From NCBI GenBank assembly GCA_028534125.1, contig CM052817.1, forward strand, positions 4,776,001 through 4,840,000: a stretch of 64,000 bases of DNA, given 5' to 3'. The notes beneath the pieces are model-generated. The model was not told the DNA's origin. It did no database searches and was given only the letters and a program-made list of their open reading frames with translations. The first letter of the stretch is position 1, and each line of letters opens with the position of its first letter. The stretch comes from Lama glama (lineage: Eukaryota). Shown one piece after another: positions 38,730-53,204 of this stretch. A program made the position numbers and the translations under genes.

Positions 38730-39750
38730 CCTCAGGAATTCAATCAGCTCACCCTTCCTGGAGAAGTCTCTTCCAGAGTCTTTTGATCCAGTTCCAGTTA
38801 GAACTGGTCATGGTCCCACCTTAGGCACAACTGACACCCTGAACCTCCCATCACCCTGGAGATGTCCTCTGCCTCTCTCGCTCCTCCACCAGAGCTCCAG
38901 CTTTCCTATTCCACTTCTTCCTCCTTGATTTACTCTTTCATTTAGTGGAGGCCATTTCACTTTCTAATAGCTACTCGAGAAAAGGTAGATGAGAGGTACC
39001 TTGTTTGAGACCGTGAACTTGTGAAAGCATGCATCTCACATTTGATGGATTAGCCTGTCTCCGCTGCCTTCTAACGTATGATAATGCAAACTGTTCCGGT
39101 TCCTGAGCCTTTGTGTCCTGCTGTTCTTCTGCGGAAGCTTATCAGGTCTGAAGCGTCCTCTTGGTCTGGTTTTGGTTTGGATGTGTGCCTGTTTCTAGTT
39201 GTCACCCTGTATCCAGGGCAGAGCCTTCACCTTGGAAGTTCACGTATTTCAGGCCTGGGAGGTTTCCTTACTTCACTGATGCGTTCTTCCCCCATGTTTT
39301 CTCACTGCTTTCTCTCCTTTTTCCTTTCTTTTTCTTTCTTCCTTCCTCCTTCCCTTTCCTTTCCTTCCTTCCCCCCTCTCTCTCTGATGTGGAATTGACC
39401 GTACTGGTCCTCTAATTTTCTTCTGTTTTCTATTTGCCTTTTTATTCTCCTGTATAAGGGATACCCTCAACTTTATCTTCCACAGCATCTGTTGAATTGT
39501 TCATTTTTCCTTTCATATTTTTTAATTTATAAGGCCTCTGATTTGATGTTTGTTCTCTGAATTTTAAATAAACATAGTATTTATTTTACAATTGCCAAAA
39601 TCTCTTTATCCCTCTGAAAATGCTGATCACGGCTGACTCTGTTAAACCTGGCGGAGTCTCTGTTTATTCCAAGTTTTTTTTTTCTTTCTCCATTTGACTG
39701 TGCGGCTCTCGTTGTCCACATTAGAAGCCTTCTCTGGATGCCTGACGAGC
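38730..39750 (-). mobile_element. Ancient HAL1/L1M-like remnant
   Basis: T-rich antisense ORF1-like tract (ttgtttgagaccgtgaacttgtgaaagc...ctcacatttgatggattag); boundaries uncertain. Confidence 0.5.
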
Positions 39751-41310
39751 TCTGGTGGGTACTTACCCTAGTTGGGAGCTTCCAGCAAACGAGCAGGGCT
39801 TGCTGAGTGTGAACTACACCCCAAGGGTCCTGGGGAACCTCTGATGTCACAATCTCTTTCCTCCTGGCTCAGCCACACCCCTACCGAAATCATTCCAGTC
39901 TCCAGACTGGAGGAGGAAGGCCCGGAGACGCCGTTTCCGGAGCGCAGCTGGGGCGGGCAGGGCGTGTTCCTTCAGCGCCTGGTACACATGTGTCTAGTCG
40001 GCCTTGCTCTTTTCAGTCCCGTATCCCAACTCAAGAGGCTTGCTGTCCATCAGTCCAGACGCTCTCTTCAGGGAACAAACGTTCCGTCTTCTGCTTGGAG
40101 GAGGAAGGGACAGCCCTCCAGTCACTCAGGATGGGCCAGCAGATCTGTTCTCCAGACTTCTTAAAAGGCTTTCAAACAACACACCTCATTTTAGCCTCTT
40201 TTTTTTTAACCCCCTCTTCCTCCTTCCACAGATGCTGATGGCTGTCAACTCCTGAGCCTTTGGGGGATCCCCTAGTGTCTGCCAGCCCTTGGTTCTCCCT
40301 AGTGATGACTTAAAATCCGGTTTCTGGTGTCCTAAGCCATTTACTACTCCGCCTCTTCTCTCTAATCTCCCCTCCCCCATCGTGTTTTGCTATAGCCTCC
40401 TCTTTACTTTTCCCCATCCTTGTGAATTTACCATTTTTCAAACATTCCTTACTGTCATTTTATGGAGATTTTAGAAGGAAGGGAATGTAAGTGTGTGTGT
40501 GTGGGTGTGTGTGTGTGTGCACGCGTATGCTTAATCTGCCATCTTTACCTGGAAGTTCCAGTCCCTGTCTCTCCCAAGTCTTCCAAAACCGTGTAAGTCA
40601 GAAGAAGACCAGCTAAACCCAGCGTACGACCACGAGTGAACAAATTACAAGTCATTCACACCAACCCCCTCCTCTGGGGTCCGGGAGAAGACCTCAATAA
40701 CAGCACCATTGCTTTCTGAAGCCTCTCGCTGGCCCCCTGACTCTGCAGTCAAACTCACCTTGCTCGCCTGGCTGGCTGTGGTGGTGCGGTGCTCAGAGAA
40801 GGAGAAGCCAAGGCCCCGAGGAGGCAGCAGAAACTCAGAGCCTGAACCCGAAGCCCAGAGCCAGCACTGAAGCTTCCCAAGAGGAAGAAATCCTCCAGGG
40901 TGCACAGCACTGATTTCAAAGTATGGAAAAGAAGAGGGTAGAATCCTTCACATTCCCAACTAATGTCACTGTGAGCTTTCAGCCTGAGACTGGAGGGTCA
41001 GGACACCCCAGCCTCCCTCAGACACACTGGAATGGAAAAGTGAAGGGCAACCACCAGCCACGTCACTAAGCGGGGGGTGGGGGGTACCAAGAGAGGTGGG
41101 GACACAGGCAGTGGGAGTGTTCCGCTTGCTGCAGGTAACGAGGGAGTATGCTGTCCGGAGAGAATGTAAAAGCAACAATAAAGCTGTTCTCATGCACGGC
41201 CGCTTCTACAGAAAGTCAGTGAGAAAACACTCTCCCCGCAGCTGCAGACTCCTGCTGCTCCCTGCGCCCGACGCGCCCCTGTCCCCAGGCATCCCGCCAG
41301 CAGCCGGTTA

Positions 41311-41511
<201 letters not shown>

Positions 41512-41739
41512 TTAGGGATGGAGATGGCTCCAGTGTCCTCAAGACAAATGCCCCAAGACCAATGCCCCCATTTTACAGAATAGCAAACTGAGGCTCAGAG
41601 AGAGCCGATGATGCTGCCTAAGTCACAGTGGTCCTCAGGCTCTGGCTGACTAGTGGCATTTTAATCAAAACTAGACTCCAACATATTACTTTGTTTTTAG
41701 TACTTAGTTTAATTCGATGTTGCCGGAACTTTAGCACCT

Positions 41740-42175
41740 TGTCCCCTCAAGCTGCAGCCCCTCCTTAGTGACGCCCCTGTTCTCCACATGCGGGGCTTGC
41801 TTCCCTTCAAGGCAGCGATGTTCTGGCAAGACACACCCAGGCTTTATGCGTTCTGGCTGTTTCTACTCACACTGCTTCTTGGAACCTGGCCAGAGCCCAA
41901 GCCCTGTGGAGAGGCCATAAGAAGAAACAACCAAGGCGCTCTGCTCAACAGCCCCAGCTGAGCGCCCAGTGACAGCCAGCACCAACCGGCAGCCGTGACA
42001 GTGAGCCACGCTGGGAACCGGGATATTCTGCTGCAGCCCCAGCTGACATCACACAGAGCAGAACAACTGCCCCACTGAGCCCAGTGCACTCGCAGAACAT
42101 AAGATAATTAAATGGTTGTGTTTTGAGCCACTGAGTTTTGGGGTGTTTTTTCCCCAAGTAAAAGCAAATGCACTT
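41740..42175 (+). mobile_element. MaLR LTR (MLT1H/I-like)
   Basis: aacagccccagctgagcgcccagtgacagccagcacc...gcagccccagctgacatcac...gttgtgttttgagccactgagttttgggg. Confidence 0.75.
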
Positions 42176-43579
42176 GAACCTTTTAAGGGTGGAAGAGCCA
42201 ACCTATAAACTCTGAGAATGATGTTAAACAACTGTAAAGTAGAATCGCAGCATCATAAAGTGTTGTCACGTTCCATACAGAACCACGGAATGTAAGAAGG
42301 GCGTCGTGGAAGCTTAGATCTGTGTCTCGGATCCTGGACTATCAGACCTGGGCCAGGCAGGCCACTCCCCTCACTTGGTAGACGAGGGAAGGAACTCGGT
42401 GGGTCAGTGTCAGGGAGGGACAAGCACCTGGAGCCCCAGCTCTCACGGTGCTCTTAGGATGACACGCCGCTGGGATGAGGCTGTGGTGTGCACGCACTGT
42501 GTTTCCCGGACGGCCCCGGGGAGGGACCCTGACTGGGCCACAGGAGAGGCGACAGACAGTGTGCTCAAAGGATGAGGAATTCCAGGGGTGGAAGGAACCT
42601 CAAGTGCCATCTAGTCTCATCAGCCCTGTTATTACAGAGACTGGGATCCAGAGAGACAGGAAATGGCTGCCCCAAAGTCACAGTCCTGGTACATCTCAGC
42701 CACCGTTTACATGTGTTCAGAATCAAGGCACGGGGGAGGGGGGCGGTTTATTGTGACCCTGAACTGTCAACTGACCAGATGTGTCCAGAGCACCTGTTCT
42801 GTGACACAGTGGGCTGTGTGCTGGGGACACTGGGACAAAGCAATTGTCCTCACTCTGAAGGAGCACACAGTCCCGAGAGAGGAAGCAACAGGCACTGGTC
42901 ATGCAAGGGCACACGTGCTGTAGGCGTCTGTACGGAATGCAGTGGGGTGTGCAGAGGGAGGAACTCAGCTTTCCAGCAAGTGAAGGGCGTGGAAAGTCTC
43001 TGCAGACGAGCGTCACACTGGGTCTAGAACACACAGGGACTGCGAATCAGACAGAGGATGGTGTGAAGCTTCTGGTGCTCGAAGTCCAGGACTATAGGGT
43101 CTTGGGGACAGCATCTCCCACCTCCCATTTTGAGCATCTTAGCCAATGACGACCCAAAGGTGATGACCCAGACCGGCTTCTCCCCTCCTGTCTCAGCCTC
43201 ACTTCAGGCGTGGAGGAGTGTCTACCTGCTCAGGCAGGAACGAGGTGCTGCAGCGGCTCGTGGGGTTGTCCAGGGTCACCCGGAGGGCACCCGCTGGACT
43301 AAACGTCTGTTTCAGGGCAAGTGTTTGCTGAGTCTGCCACGTGATCACTGCTTCAAGTGACGCATCCCAGGAGTGGCTGGATGCCAACGAAGCTTGCCCA
43401 ATGTCGGCTCACAGGCTGGCAGTACTGGCCTTTCCAAACAGGGTTGTTCCTGGTGGGTCCATCTGAGTGATGCTTCTGGGCCCACAGAAGGCCAGAGAGA
43501 ATCAAACAAGGAAGTTCCTGACACACTAGAGCCTGGAGCAGGAGACCAAGGGCCTCCACAGCTGATAGCGTGAGCACCA

Positions 43580-45600
43580 CGCTTCAAACCCTTCTTTCAA
43601 CACGGTCATAGCCATCTGTGTTGGTTAATCTTTACTCTTTCATGGAAATTTTAGAATAAATGTGTTTGGTGTCTTGAAAAACTCTGCTTTGACTTTGTTT
43701 GGAATTATGTTGAATTTACAAGTGACAGAGAATTAGCATTTTTATAATGCTGAACTTTTCCAACCTTTCCATGAACATGAACTATCTGTTTATCCTGGTC
43801 TTTTTATGTTTGTCACTATAGTTTTATGATTTTCTCCTTAAAGGCCTGGCATGCGTGCATTTTTATTCTGATATTGTAACATAGATTCTATTGCTATTGT
43901 GAAGGTAATCTTCAAAGGAAGCTGTACTAAATGGTCATTGCTTGGGGAGAAGCACGCTCCGGAACTGCTTATGTTTGTCTTAAATCCAGCAACTTGGCAG
44001 ATCTCTTAGTTATTAGTTCAGATAACTTTTCCACCGATGCTCTGGGCTTGCTTATCATATGAAGATGATTGTATCTTCTACAAAAAACTGCTGTGTTTAC
44101 ATTCTTCCCATCCTTATGCCTCTTATTTCTTTTTCTTGTTTTATTGTACTATCCAGGGCCTCCAGTAGAGCACTCATTATAAGAGGTGGTGATGGGAATT
44201 TTAAATCTTGTTCTGGAATGTAATAAACTTTCTCCATTAAATAAATAGTTTGCTGTAGATATTTGGTGGGTATCATTTATTGAGTTAAGAAAATTGCGTC
44301 CTACTTTTGCACAGCAGAGGAAATCATCAACAAATCGAAAAAACAACCTGCTGAATAGAAGAAAATATTTGCAAATGATATGACTGGTAAGGGATTAATA
44401 TCCAACAGATACAAATAGCTCATACAGCTCAACATCAAAAAACCAAATTACCCAATTATAAAATGAGCAGAAGAATTGAATAGACATTTTTTCTCAAGAG
44501 GAAAAGCAGATGGCCGACAGGCACATGAAAAGATGCTCAACATCACTAATCATCAGGGGAATGCAAATCAGAACTACAATGAGGTACCACCTCACACCTG
44601 TCAGAATGGATGTCATCAAAAAGAACACAAAAACAAACATTGGCGAGGATGTGGGGAAAGGGAACCCTTGTACACTGTTGGGAATGTAAATTGGTGCAAA
44701 CTAAAACTAAAAATAGGACTACCATATGACCCAGAAATTCCACTCCTGGGTACATATCCAAAAAACAAAGCAAGGCAAAATAAAAAACAAAAACACTAAT
44801 TTGAAAAGATACATGCACCCCAATGTTCATAGCAGCATTATTCACAATAGCTAAGATACTGAAGCAACCTAAGTGTCCATTAACAGATGAATGGATAAAG
44901 ATGTAGTGAATATACACAATGGAATATTACTCAGCAATAAAAAAGAAAATCTGCCATTTGCAGCAAATAGAGGGACTTGGCATTAAGCTAAGTGAGATGA
45001 GTCAGACAGAGAAAGATAAACACTGTATGACATCACTTACATGTGGAATCTAAAAAATACAACTAGCGAATATAACAAAAAAGATGCAGACTCACAGATA
45101 GAACAAACCAATGGTTACCAGTGGAGAGAGGGAAGGGGAGGGGCACTGTGGGGGTGGGGGAGGGGGAGGCACCAAGTATTGAGTGTAAGATAGAATCAAG
45201 GATACATTGTGCAACACGGAGAATAGAGCCAATATTTTGTAATAACTTCGTAAATGGAAGTTAACCTTTAAAAACTGCATAAAAATTTTAAAAATTTAAA
45301 AAAAGAAAGTTGCTTTCTAGACTAAGAATTTTTATCAAGAGTGGTTACAGAGTCTTTTTGTTTTTTAAATATTAAACCGTCTTCACATTTCCAGACAAAA
45401 CCCCTCCTGGTAGATAATATATATCATGTACAATAAACATACATATATTTTTACTGGATTCAGGTTGACAAATTTCATTTAGGATTTTTGCATCTAATGT
45501 TCCAAGCGACACTAGCTCATATTCTCCTACCTACCACTGTCCTCACCCCATTCTGGTGTCCTGGCAACACTGACTTTGTATGATGAAGTGGGTTTTTTGG
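43580..45600 (-). mobile_element. Old L1 (L1M/L1ME) ORF2 remnant interrupted by a younger L1
   Basis: ttccatgaacatga...tgcctcttatttctttttcttg...tttgctgtagatattt, resuming after 45320. Confidence 0.65.
44304..45302 (+). mobile_element. 5'-truncated L1 (ORF2 C-terminus + 3'UTR)
   Basis: aaatatttgcaaatgatat...atgaaaagatgctcaacatcactaat...aatgttcatagcagcattattcacaatagc; degenerate TSD aagaaaattgcgtccta (44287) / aagaaagttgctttcta (45303). Confidence 0.9.
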
Positions 45601-47806
45601 GTCGATTTCAAGAAGAGTGGCCGAGAGGCGTCACTTGCTTGTAGAAAGTCTGGTCTCAAAACACTCTCCGTCCCCCCATTTCTGATTCATTTTGGATTCT
45701 CCCTCCTCATTTCAGGTGGCCCTGTTGGAGCTGCCTGATGACTCCTGCTCCTCCTTCTCCACAAGGAGATGAGAAAGTGACCAGGACGTGCAGGCACCTC
45801 CCCTGGCCACTGGTGTTGGTTCACCAGGACCCCTGGGGCTGTTCCCAGAATCAGTGTGTAGATGCTGAAAGTAAAATCTCTTCCTCTGGGTGTGCCAGGC
45901 TAGAGGCTGCAACTAAGGGCTGTCTAGACCCTGCTGCCCAAAGTGAAGATAAGATACATCTGGAGGGTGAAGATGCAGGAAGTCAAGCAGGGCTGAGAGC
46001 TCACAACACAGAGAGGCACTGCCAGAGGTGAGGGCTCCGGTCTGGGCAGAAGGGTGCTCCGTCCCTGAACTGCATGGGCAATGACTGTATTTTTTGATGG
46101 AAACTACTTAACATTGTATTTCTGTCCCTTGGAACTGAAACAGTCATCCGATACATCTTTCCACACATTTGCTCCTGGAGACAAGGATTTAGATGCTCAA
46201 AAATAAATGACAGGAATCAGTTATAATAGGCCACCTACAGATGCTCAATTTGCGTCCTAACAGTTGATGGACTATTGAAACGTTATGTCAATAACCAGTG
46301 AGTTCTGCACCCTCCATGCGCAGCTAAATATTCCATTAGAACACTTTGGAGGAGAATATGAATCTTCAGGCGAGAAAGTTGCAGACCAGGATGAATTCTA
46401 AAGAGGAAATCCAAAATGCAAAGAGAACCACAATGTAAACAATAACTTGGGTTATGGCTTTTTTTTCTTTTTTTTGGCTACAGATCCGTTTTCGCCCTGG
46501 GCCATGGACTCTACACTCCCAAGGAGACTCAATGTTATCGTCGGAGAACAGAGAAGGACCCTGCACGTATCCCTCTGTGGTTGGGGCTGCTCCACAGCTC
46601 TGTGCCATTGTCCTTCTTGCTTCTTCTTGGACTGGAATTGTAACTATGTTCTCATGATAATGCGTCAAATTGTCAAGGGAAAGATGGAGATCACAAACGA
46701 GCAACCTACACTCAACGGCAGTAACGCTGATCATGGAGAAATCTGGGTAATTAGGCTCAACGTGCAGGACCAAAGAAGGTCCGGAGCTGGGGAGGCCCCA
46801 CTGCTGGCCTGGACGTTGAAATAGGCAACCACGCAGAACTCAATGTCTGCTAACGTTTTTTAAAAAGATGTATTAATTTCCTACCTTATTCCAAAAAGGA
46901 TTAAAAATGACTTGCAAAATATATATAACACACTACAATCAAAAACAAGTAAGCCACAGATCAAGTCAAAGAATAAAAAAGGAATTCAAGAAAGTGGATG
47001 CAGGTAAAAACACCCCAGTTCAGGCCCAAAGAACTTGCCTGCTTGCCTGACGTCGGCCATCAAGGTGTCTCTAACCTTTCCAGCAACCAGAGCAAAGTGA
47101 GAGACACAATCAGCTTTAGGATTCAAGGGTCAATGTGAAAAAAAAATCAATTGTTCATTTTTATGTTTAATATGTTTCTTGCTGGCGCAGAAGCCAGAGG
47201 GAACTCTCTCCCACGGGATTCTTCAGAGATGGCATTCTGCAACGTGGGGAACAATGAGCCAGCGGAAATAGCTCTGAATAGAGTCATGCGTTTAACAGGG
47301 GATTTTTGTATGATGTTCCTGAAAGTAGACGGAATGCATCAAAGTCCAACTCCAGAAAAGCGGTGCTTCATGGGGCAACAGCTAAGTGGTCTGGGCATCA
47401 TGTTCCCAGACGAACTTTCTTAATAAAAGGATAAATTTAGAGAACGCTGGCGAATGCCCTCAGGGGCGACGTCAGAAATGCAGTTAGTCGCACGTGCACA
47501 CACCAAGGAGCACCCTGTAGGCTTCCCGCGCACCCAGCCCAGTACCAGAAGCTGGAATCCAGGGGGAGAAGTTGCCCCACACAGTTCATGGGAGTTTGAG
47601 ACAATCATAAGGGCTGGAGTTTGATGTCCTGTGCTGTGACAAGTGGCCCAGATGATCCACTCCTGAAGATCCTCTTTTGCCCCGGGCCCTGGACCCTACA
47701 TCCCCAAGGAGACTCTGTTGTCACTTTCTTACCCCTACCTGCTCACCCACGATGTCCCTAGTCCCACCTCCTTACCCTGGGCCATCATCCCCTTCTCGGA
47801 TTAGAG

Positions 47807-48021
47807 CAGTGGTTTCCAACCAGGGGCAACTTTGCTCCCGTAGGGACATTTGACCATGTCTGGAGACATTCTGGTTGTTATAACTGGGTGGGGGCGATTC
47901 CTGCTTGCACATAGTGGGCAGAGGACGGGGGCACTGCTAACTGTCCGGCAGTGGACAGGACGCTCCACCACAAAGAATGATCTGGCCCAGGTGTCCACGG
48001 TGCTGAGGCTGAGCAACGCCG
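47807..48021. mobile_element. MER20 hAT-Charlie element
   Basis: cagtggtttccaaccaggggc...gggacatttgaccatgtctggagacatt...acaaagaatgatctggccc...gtgctgaggctgag. Confidence 0.85.
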
Positions 48022-48119
48022 GAGTAGCGGGTGCTCCCGCTCCTAGGAGCCTTCCCCAGCTCTGGAGGACTGAGCTGGGTGACCCTCTTTTTGTTCCTTT
48101 GTGCCCTGTAACAGTTATC

Positions 48120-48300
48120 CCGGATGTGGGGCCCACTGCGTGCCAGGCACTGCTCTGCGTGCTTTGTGTATGTAACTCGTTTCAGCCTCCCAACGGCCCG
48201 CCGAGGTACCACGACCTGCCTTTGATCGATGTGGACACTGAGGTTCCGTGAGGCGACGGAACAGCTCCCAGGTAACAAGACAGCCCAACTCCGGAATCTA
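48120..48300 (-). mobile_element. GC-shifted MIR SINE
   Basis: actgcgtgccaggcactgctctgcgtgcttt...taactcgtttcagcctcccaac...gacactgagg. Confidence 0.65.
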
Positions 48301-48960
48301 GAATTCCCGCGCGAGGCTCTGGGAAGCACTTCCTCATGGCACAAGGGACCCTCTCTCTCCTGCTCTCTTCTCTCTGCCAGGCAGCCAACGGTCGGCCACA
48401 GGGACCCGGCCTGTTGAGCTTTGTCCCCCTGCATTTAGCACAGACCCACTCAGGAATGAAGGGGTCACAGACCCCCAAAATACCCCCATCTGTGTCGGTC
48501 TCTCAATCTGCAGGGCTGAAGGGTGGAGGAGGGGAAGGTGGCACACAGAGGGAGACGGGAGGTGAGGGTTGACGGGGAGGGAAGCCCTGCGTCGGTACTG
48601 GGTCCACATGCTGTTCATGCTACTGCTTCTAGGACCTTCCTTTGTCTCTGCCCTCTTGTCACAAAGACCGTGCTCTCCCATTAGCTGACGGTGCCTCTGG
48701 TAGCCTCTCTCCACAGCTGTCTCACTCCCGCGCAGGAAGCAGGTGCGACCTATGTGACGAGCACTGGGAAGGAGTTGTGAGTGTGCTGAGCTCGGCCCCT
48801 CTGCGGTCCCTCCAGGCTTCTGGATCTGCTTTGCCTCTTGCCAAGCCAGGGGCCAGATTGTAGAGTGGGGTCTTGAGGGTGTCCCCTATTTCCTTGGGGG
48901 TGATTCCACTTCAAAGCTGAAGTGTTAGCAAGCCCTTCTGGATGCAGAACTAAAGCCAAG

Positions 48961-49523
48961 TCTATATATAAACGTATGGAATATATTGCATACCACTCAG
49001 CCATAACGTGAATGAAATAATGCCACTTGCAGCAACATGGCTGGACCCAGAGATTATCACGCTAAGTGAAGTAAGTCAGACAGAGAAAGATAAGTATCAC
49101 ATAATATCACTTGAAAGTGGAATCTAAAAAACTGATTCAAATGCACTTATTTACAAACTAGAAACAGACCCACAGACACAGAAAACAAACTTTTGGTTAC
49201 TGGGGGTGAGAGGGAGTTGGGGGTGAAGGGATAAATTAGGAGTTTAGGATTAATATACACACACTACTACATATAAAGTAGATAAACTACAAGGACCGAC
49301 TATGTAGCACCGGGAACTATACTCAGTATCTTGTAATAACCTGTAATGGACAAGAATCTGAAGAAAACATAAATATAATGTATACACGTCACTGAATCAG
49401 CATGCTGCACACCATTATAAATCAACTATCCTTCAATAAAAATTTTTTTCAGAAATACATAAAAGCTGTATTTATGCTTGATAAGCTTTCTAGTAATACT
49501 ATAAAAATGGGCTCCCACAACAA
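48961..49523 (+). mobile_element. 5'-truncated L1 with 15-bp TSD and ~83 bp of extra 3' sequence
   Basis: L1 3' end to caactatccttcaataaa (49440); TSD agaactaaagccaag at 48946-48960 and 49524-49538. Confidence 0.88.
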
Positions 49524-51009
49524 AGAACTAAAGCCAAGGTCGTCAGTAACTGTACCAGCAACAAAGCTGACACTCTGACCTCCGTGACCCCCAGGTCTGT
49601 CTCTCAACTGGTTCCAAACTCAGGTAGGAGAAAGAGGTGCCATTTGGAGACCCCACCGGGGGCCCTCCAGGCGTACCCCTGGGAAGAGGACTTAAAGGAC
49701 ACCGAGGCCAAGAGAGGCTGACTTGTCTCCAGTCACCAGGTCAGGTTTCTCCTCCCACAGTGCGTCACGTCCTCCGCCACCAGCCTCGGGAGGCGTGCAC
49801 TACAGGGCAGCCACGTTACCCAGGAGTGAAAACGCAGGTGAACACACAGGAGAGAGGCGGTGTGTACGTGGGGAAACATCCGAGTGAGGACACAGCATTC
49901 AGTGCCCCCTCGCTTCACCTCACCTTGCCCAGCGCCTGGACCCTGGAGACCTTCAACCAGCTGCGTGCTGTTAATGGCGGGGGAGGCTTGGAAAGTAAAG
50001 GGACCTTCTGCAGGAAAGCCCAGACCTTTCTTAGTCTTCCTGCAGTGCGATGCCACTTGACCATTTAAAACAGATGCCTTTCTCCACTTCTTAAGACAAA
50101 GGAGCCAAGTGCCCAGAGATGACTCTGTGGGACAGTCATTCTGGAAGCCCTGACGGCAGGACAAGCCGCGTGTCTGATTCGTCTCCCTGAGTCCTTACTG
50201 TGTCCACCCAAGGAGCCAAGCATCTCCCGAGACCACTTCCTGTCCAATTCGATCTCTGATAGGGAGCAGACAGAGAGTGGTCCCCTCACCATGCTCACTC
50301 CCAGTGATTCTCAGAGACTGAACACCCAGCAAGAGAGGAGCTAAAAACACTCTCTTAGGCTACGGAAATCCAAGAATGGGCTGCCGAGCCTTCCATCAGC
50401 TCACAGCAGACAAATAAGAAGGAATTTATCAAACTTGAATTGTGCTTCATACATATGCCTTTAACAACATGCACAACAATAAGCCAGGTTTTTTATTATT
50501 GTTATTCAATTTGAGCTACAAGAGTCTTCAAGCCATTTAAACATGCTGACCCTCGGTGCTCTGGCTCTGTCTCTGCCCAGGTAGTCAAATGTAGCTGGTT
50601 GGCTTCCATCTGCCTCCCACAAGCCAAGTACCAGGAAGGGGAGACTCTCACATGCCATCCAGCTCTCCAGGAGGTTTAGGGCAGGAGAAATCGCAGGATG
50701 ATGAAAAGGCAAGATGCAAGTCCACGTCCCTCCCCATCTGCCAGCTACACAGCGGGTTCTGCAGACTCTAAAGTGCAGAAATGCTGAGCACTGTTCTTGT
50801 GGCTTGTTTCATTTAATTTATAAATTAAATTTACGCTTGCTTCTGCATACCTCTAAAGGTTTTGCAGTGTCTAACTAATGAAGACAGATGGAAGCGACGG
50901 AAAGGAGAAACACAGAACAAGGGAGAGGTGAATGTTTTGTTCATGTGGACAAGCTGCTTGTGAGCACGGAGCAGTAGCTCCGACCTTCTGTGCAGGGCAG
51001 AGAAGGCTG

Positions 51010-52320
51010 TACTCGTGAGAGATACTGGCCTGCAGTTTCCTTTCATTGCACTGTCTTTAATCTGACTTTGGTATCAAGGTAACACAAGTGTCATAGAATG
51101 AACTGGGAAGTGTTCAGTTCTCATCTATTTCCTGAAAGAGACTATTGAGAATTGGTGTTAATTTTTAAAATATTTGTTAGAACTTTCTAGTGAAACTATC
51201 TAGACACAGAACTTTATTTTTCTGGAGTTCTAACTGAATTCAATTTACATAAGTTATAGGATTATTTAAGTTAATTTTTTCTTGGTTAGGTATTGGTAGT
51301 TTCTAGATTTTGAGGAATTGGTCCATTTCTTCTCAGCTATCAAACTTATGAGTATAAAGTTGTTCAGATAATAATTCCCATATTATCCTTTTAAGGCTGC
51401 ATAATCTGTAGTGATAGCCTCTGTTTCACTCCTGATTTTCATAGTTTCATAGTGTGTTCTCTCAGTTTATATTTGTCAGCCTTGTGAGAGTTTTATCCAT
51501 TTTTTTTTGGAAGAACCAGCTTATAGTTCCATTGATGGTTTTTCTATTGCTCTCCCATTTTCAGTTTCATTGATTCTACTCTATTTCTTTCTACTAGCTT
51601 TGAACCAGTTTATTTTTCTCATTTTTCAGTTTTTTGAGATCAAAACTAGGTTATTAATTTGAGACATTTCCCCTTTTCTAATGTAAGCATCTGGAGCTAT
51701 AAATTTCCCTCTCATCACAGCTTTAGCTGAATTTGCACCTACACATTTTGATATGCTGTATTTCCATTTTCATTCATGTGTACGCATTTTATTTCTTTTG
51801 AGGCTTCTTCTTTAACCCAAGGATTATTAGAAGTTTGTTTAATTTCCAAGTATTTGAAGATTTTCCTGTTCTTCTGTTACTGAGTCCTAGTTGGGTTCCA
51901 TTATGGCCAGAGCGCAGACTGTCACGATTTCATTTTTTTCAAGTTTGTTGAGGTTTGCTTTATGAACCAGGAATTGATATATTTTTGTGAATGTTCCATG
52001 GACACTTGAAAAAAAGGAAGTTCTTTCTGCTGTTATTTGGTGAAATGTTCTTTAAATGGCAATTGGGTACTCTTGGTTATGGTGGTGTTCAGTTCTTTTA
52101 TATCCCTGCTGACTTTCTGTCCAGAACTTCTATCAACTGCTAGTAAGTCCCCAACTATAACTGTGGATTTTTTTATTTCTTCTTTCAGTGCTATTGATTT
52201 TTATTTCGTTTATTTTGAAACGGCAATGATTGAATCATGTATGACATATTATTTGAATCATTTTAATACAGTATCCTATATCATATCATCATGTACACAT
52301 TTTATTTAATATTTATGAAG
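51010..52320 (-). mobile_element. Old L1 ORF2 remnant
   Basis: ggcctgcagtttcc...tttggtatcaaggtaac...gctataaatttccctctc...gtgaatgttccatggacacttg. Confidence 0.8.
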
Positions 52321-53204
52321 TTTATCTATCTCTTACTGAGTCTTATCATGGTTGTTTTTACTTTTCCCTTGTTGTAAGTCATGCTGCAGAGACTCTCCAG
52401 GTATTTCTTCTTGTGCTCGCATGCACAAGATGATTTATTAAACAAGTATTCACTGAGCACCAGCCATGTGTCAGACTCTGGTCTAGGGGCTTCAGTTACA
52501 TAAGTAAACAACAGAAATTGTGTTCCTGCCTCTGTGGGATTATCTAAAGTGAACTCTGCAACTAGCACAGTGGGCCACACATTGGAGGGGTTAAGGCATG
52601 TTGATTATAAGAATGAGAGGCTAAATGAGTAAAGCTCACCTGCTGCTGTTAAACATACAGAGTGATTAACTTGTATCACATCCTTACTCTCACAATCCTT
52701 ACAATAACTCCAGGGGAGTACACAATTATACCTATTTTGCTAAGGCCCAAACAGGCACCTAGAGAGCTTAGCTAACTTAAAGTCATGGTTCTGCATCAGT
52801 TGTACATCCATGTGGAGAAAGATGAATTCTCACTAATACTGCGTATCACACACACCTATCAATTTCAGATGGATTATAGACCTCAATGTGTAAACTAAAA
52901 CCATGAAGCCTCTAGAAAAAAATAAAGGCAAAGATTTTCATGACTTTGGTGGAGACAATTTCTATAGAGTATATTAAAAGCACTAATCATAAGAATGCAT
53001 TGCTAAATTGTATTTTATTAAAATTAAGAACTTCAGTTCTCAAAAATACACAGAATAAAAACGGGGTTAATAATGTTAACAACTGGATCTATGTTTAAAG
53101 CATATGCAATTCTTCATAATATTTTTGCAATTTTTGTAACTTTGAAATTATATCAAAATAAAAATTGCCAACACACACACACACACACGCACACACACAC
53201 GAGC

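Noticed and set aside
45129..45170. G-quadruplex-like G-run cluster
   Set aside because: Lies in the L1 3'UTR polypurine tract, a known general feature of L1.
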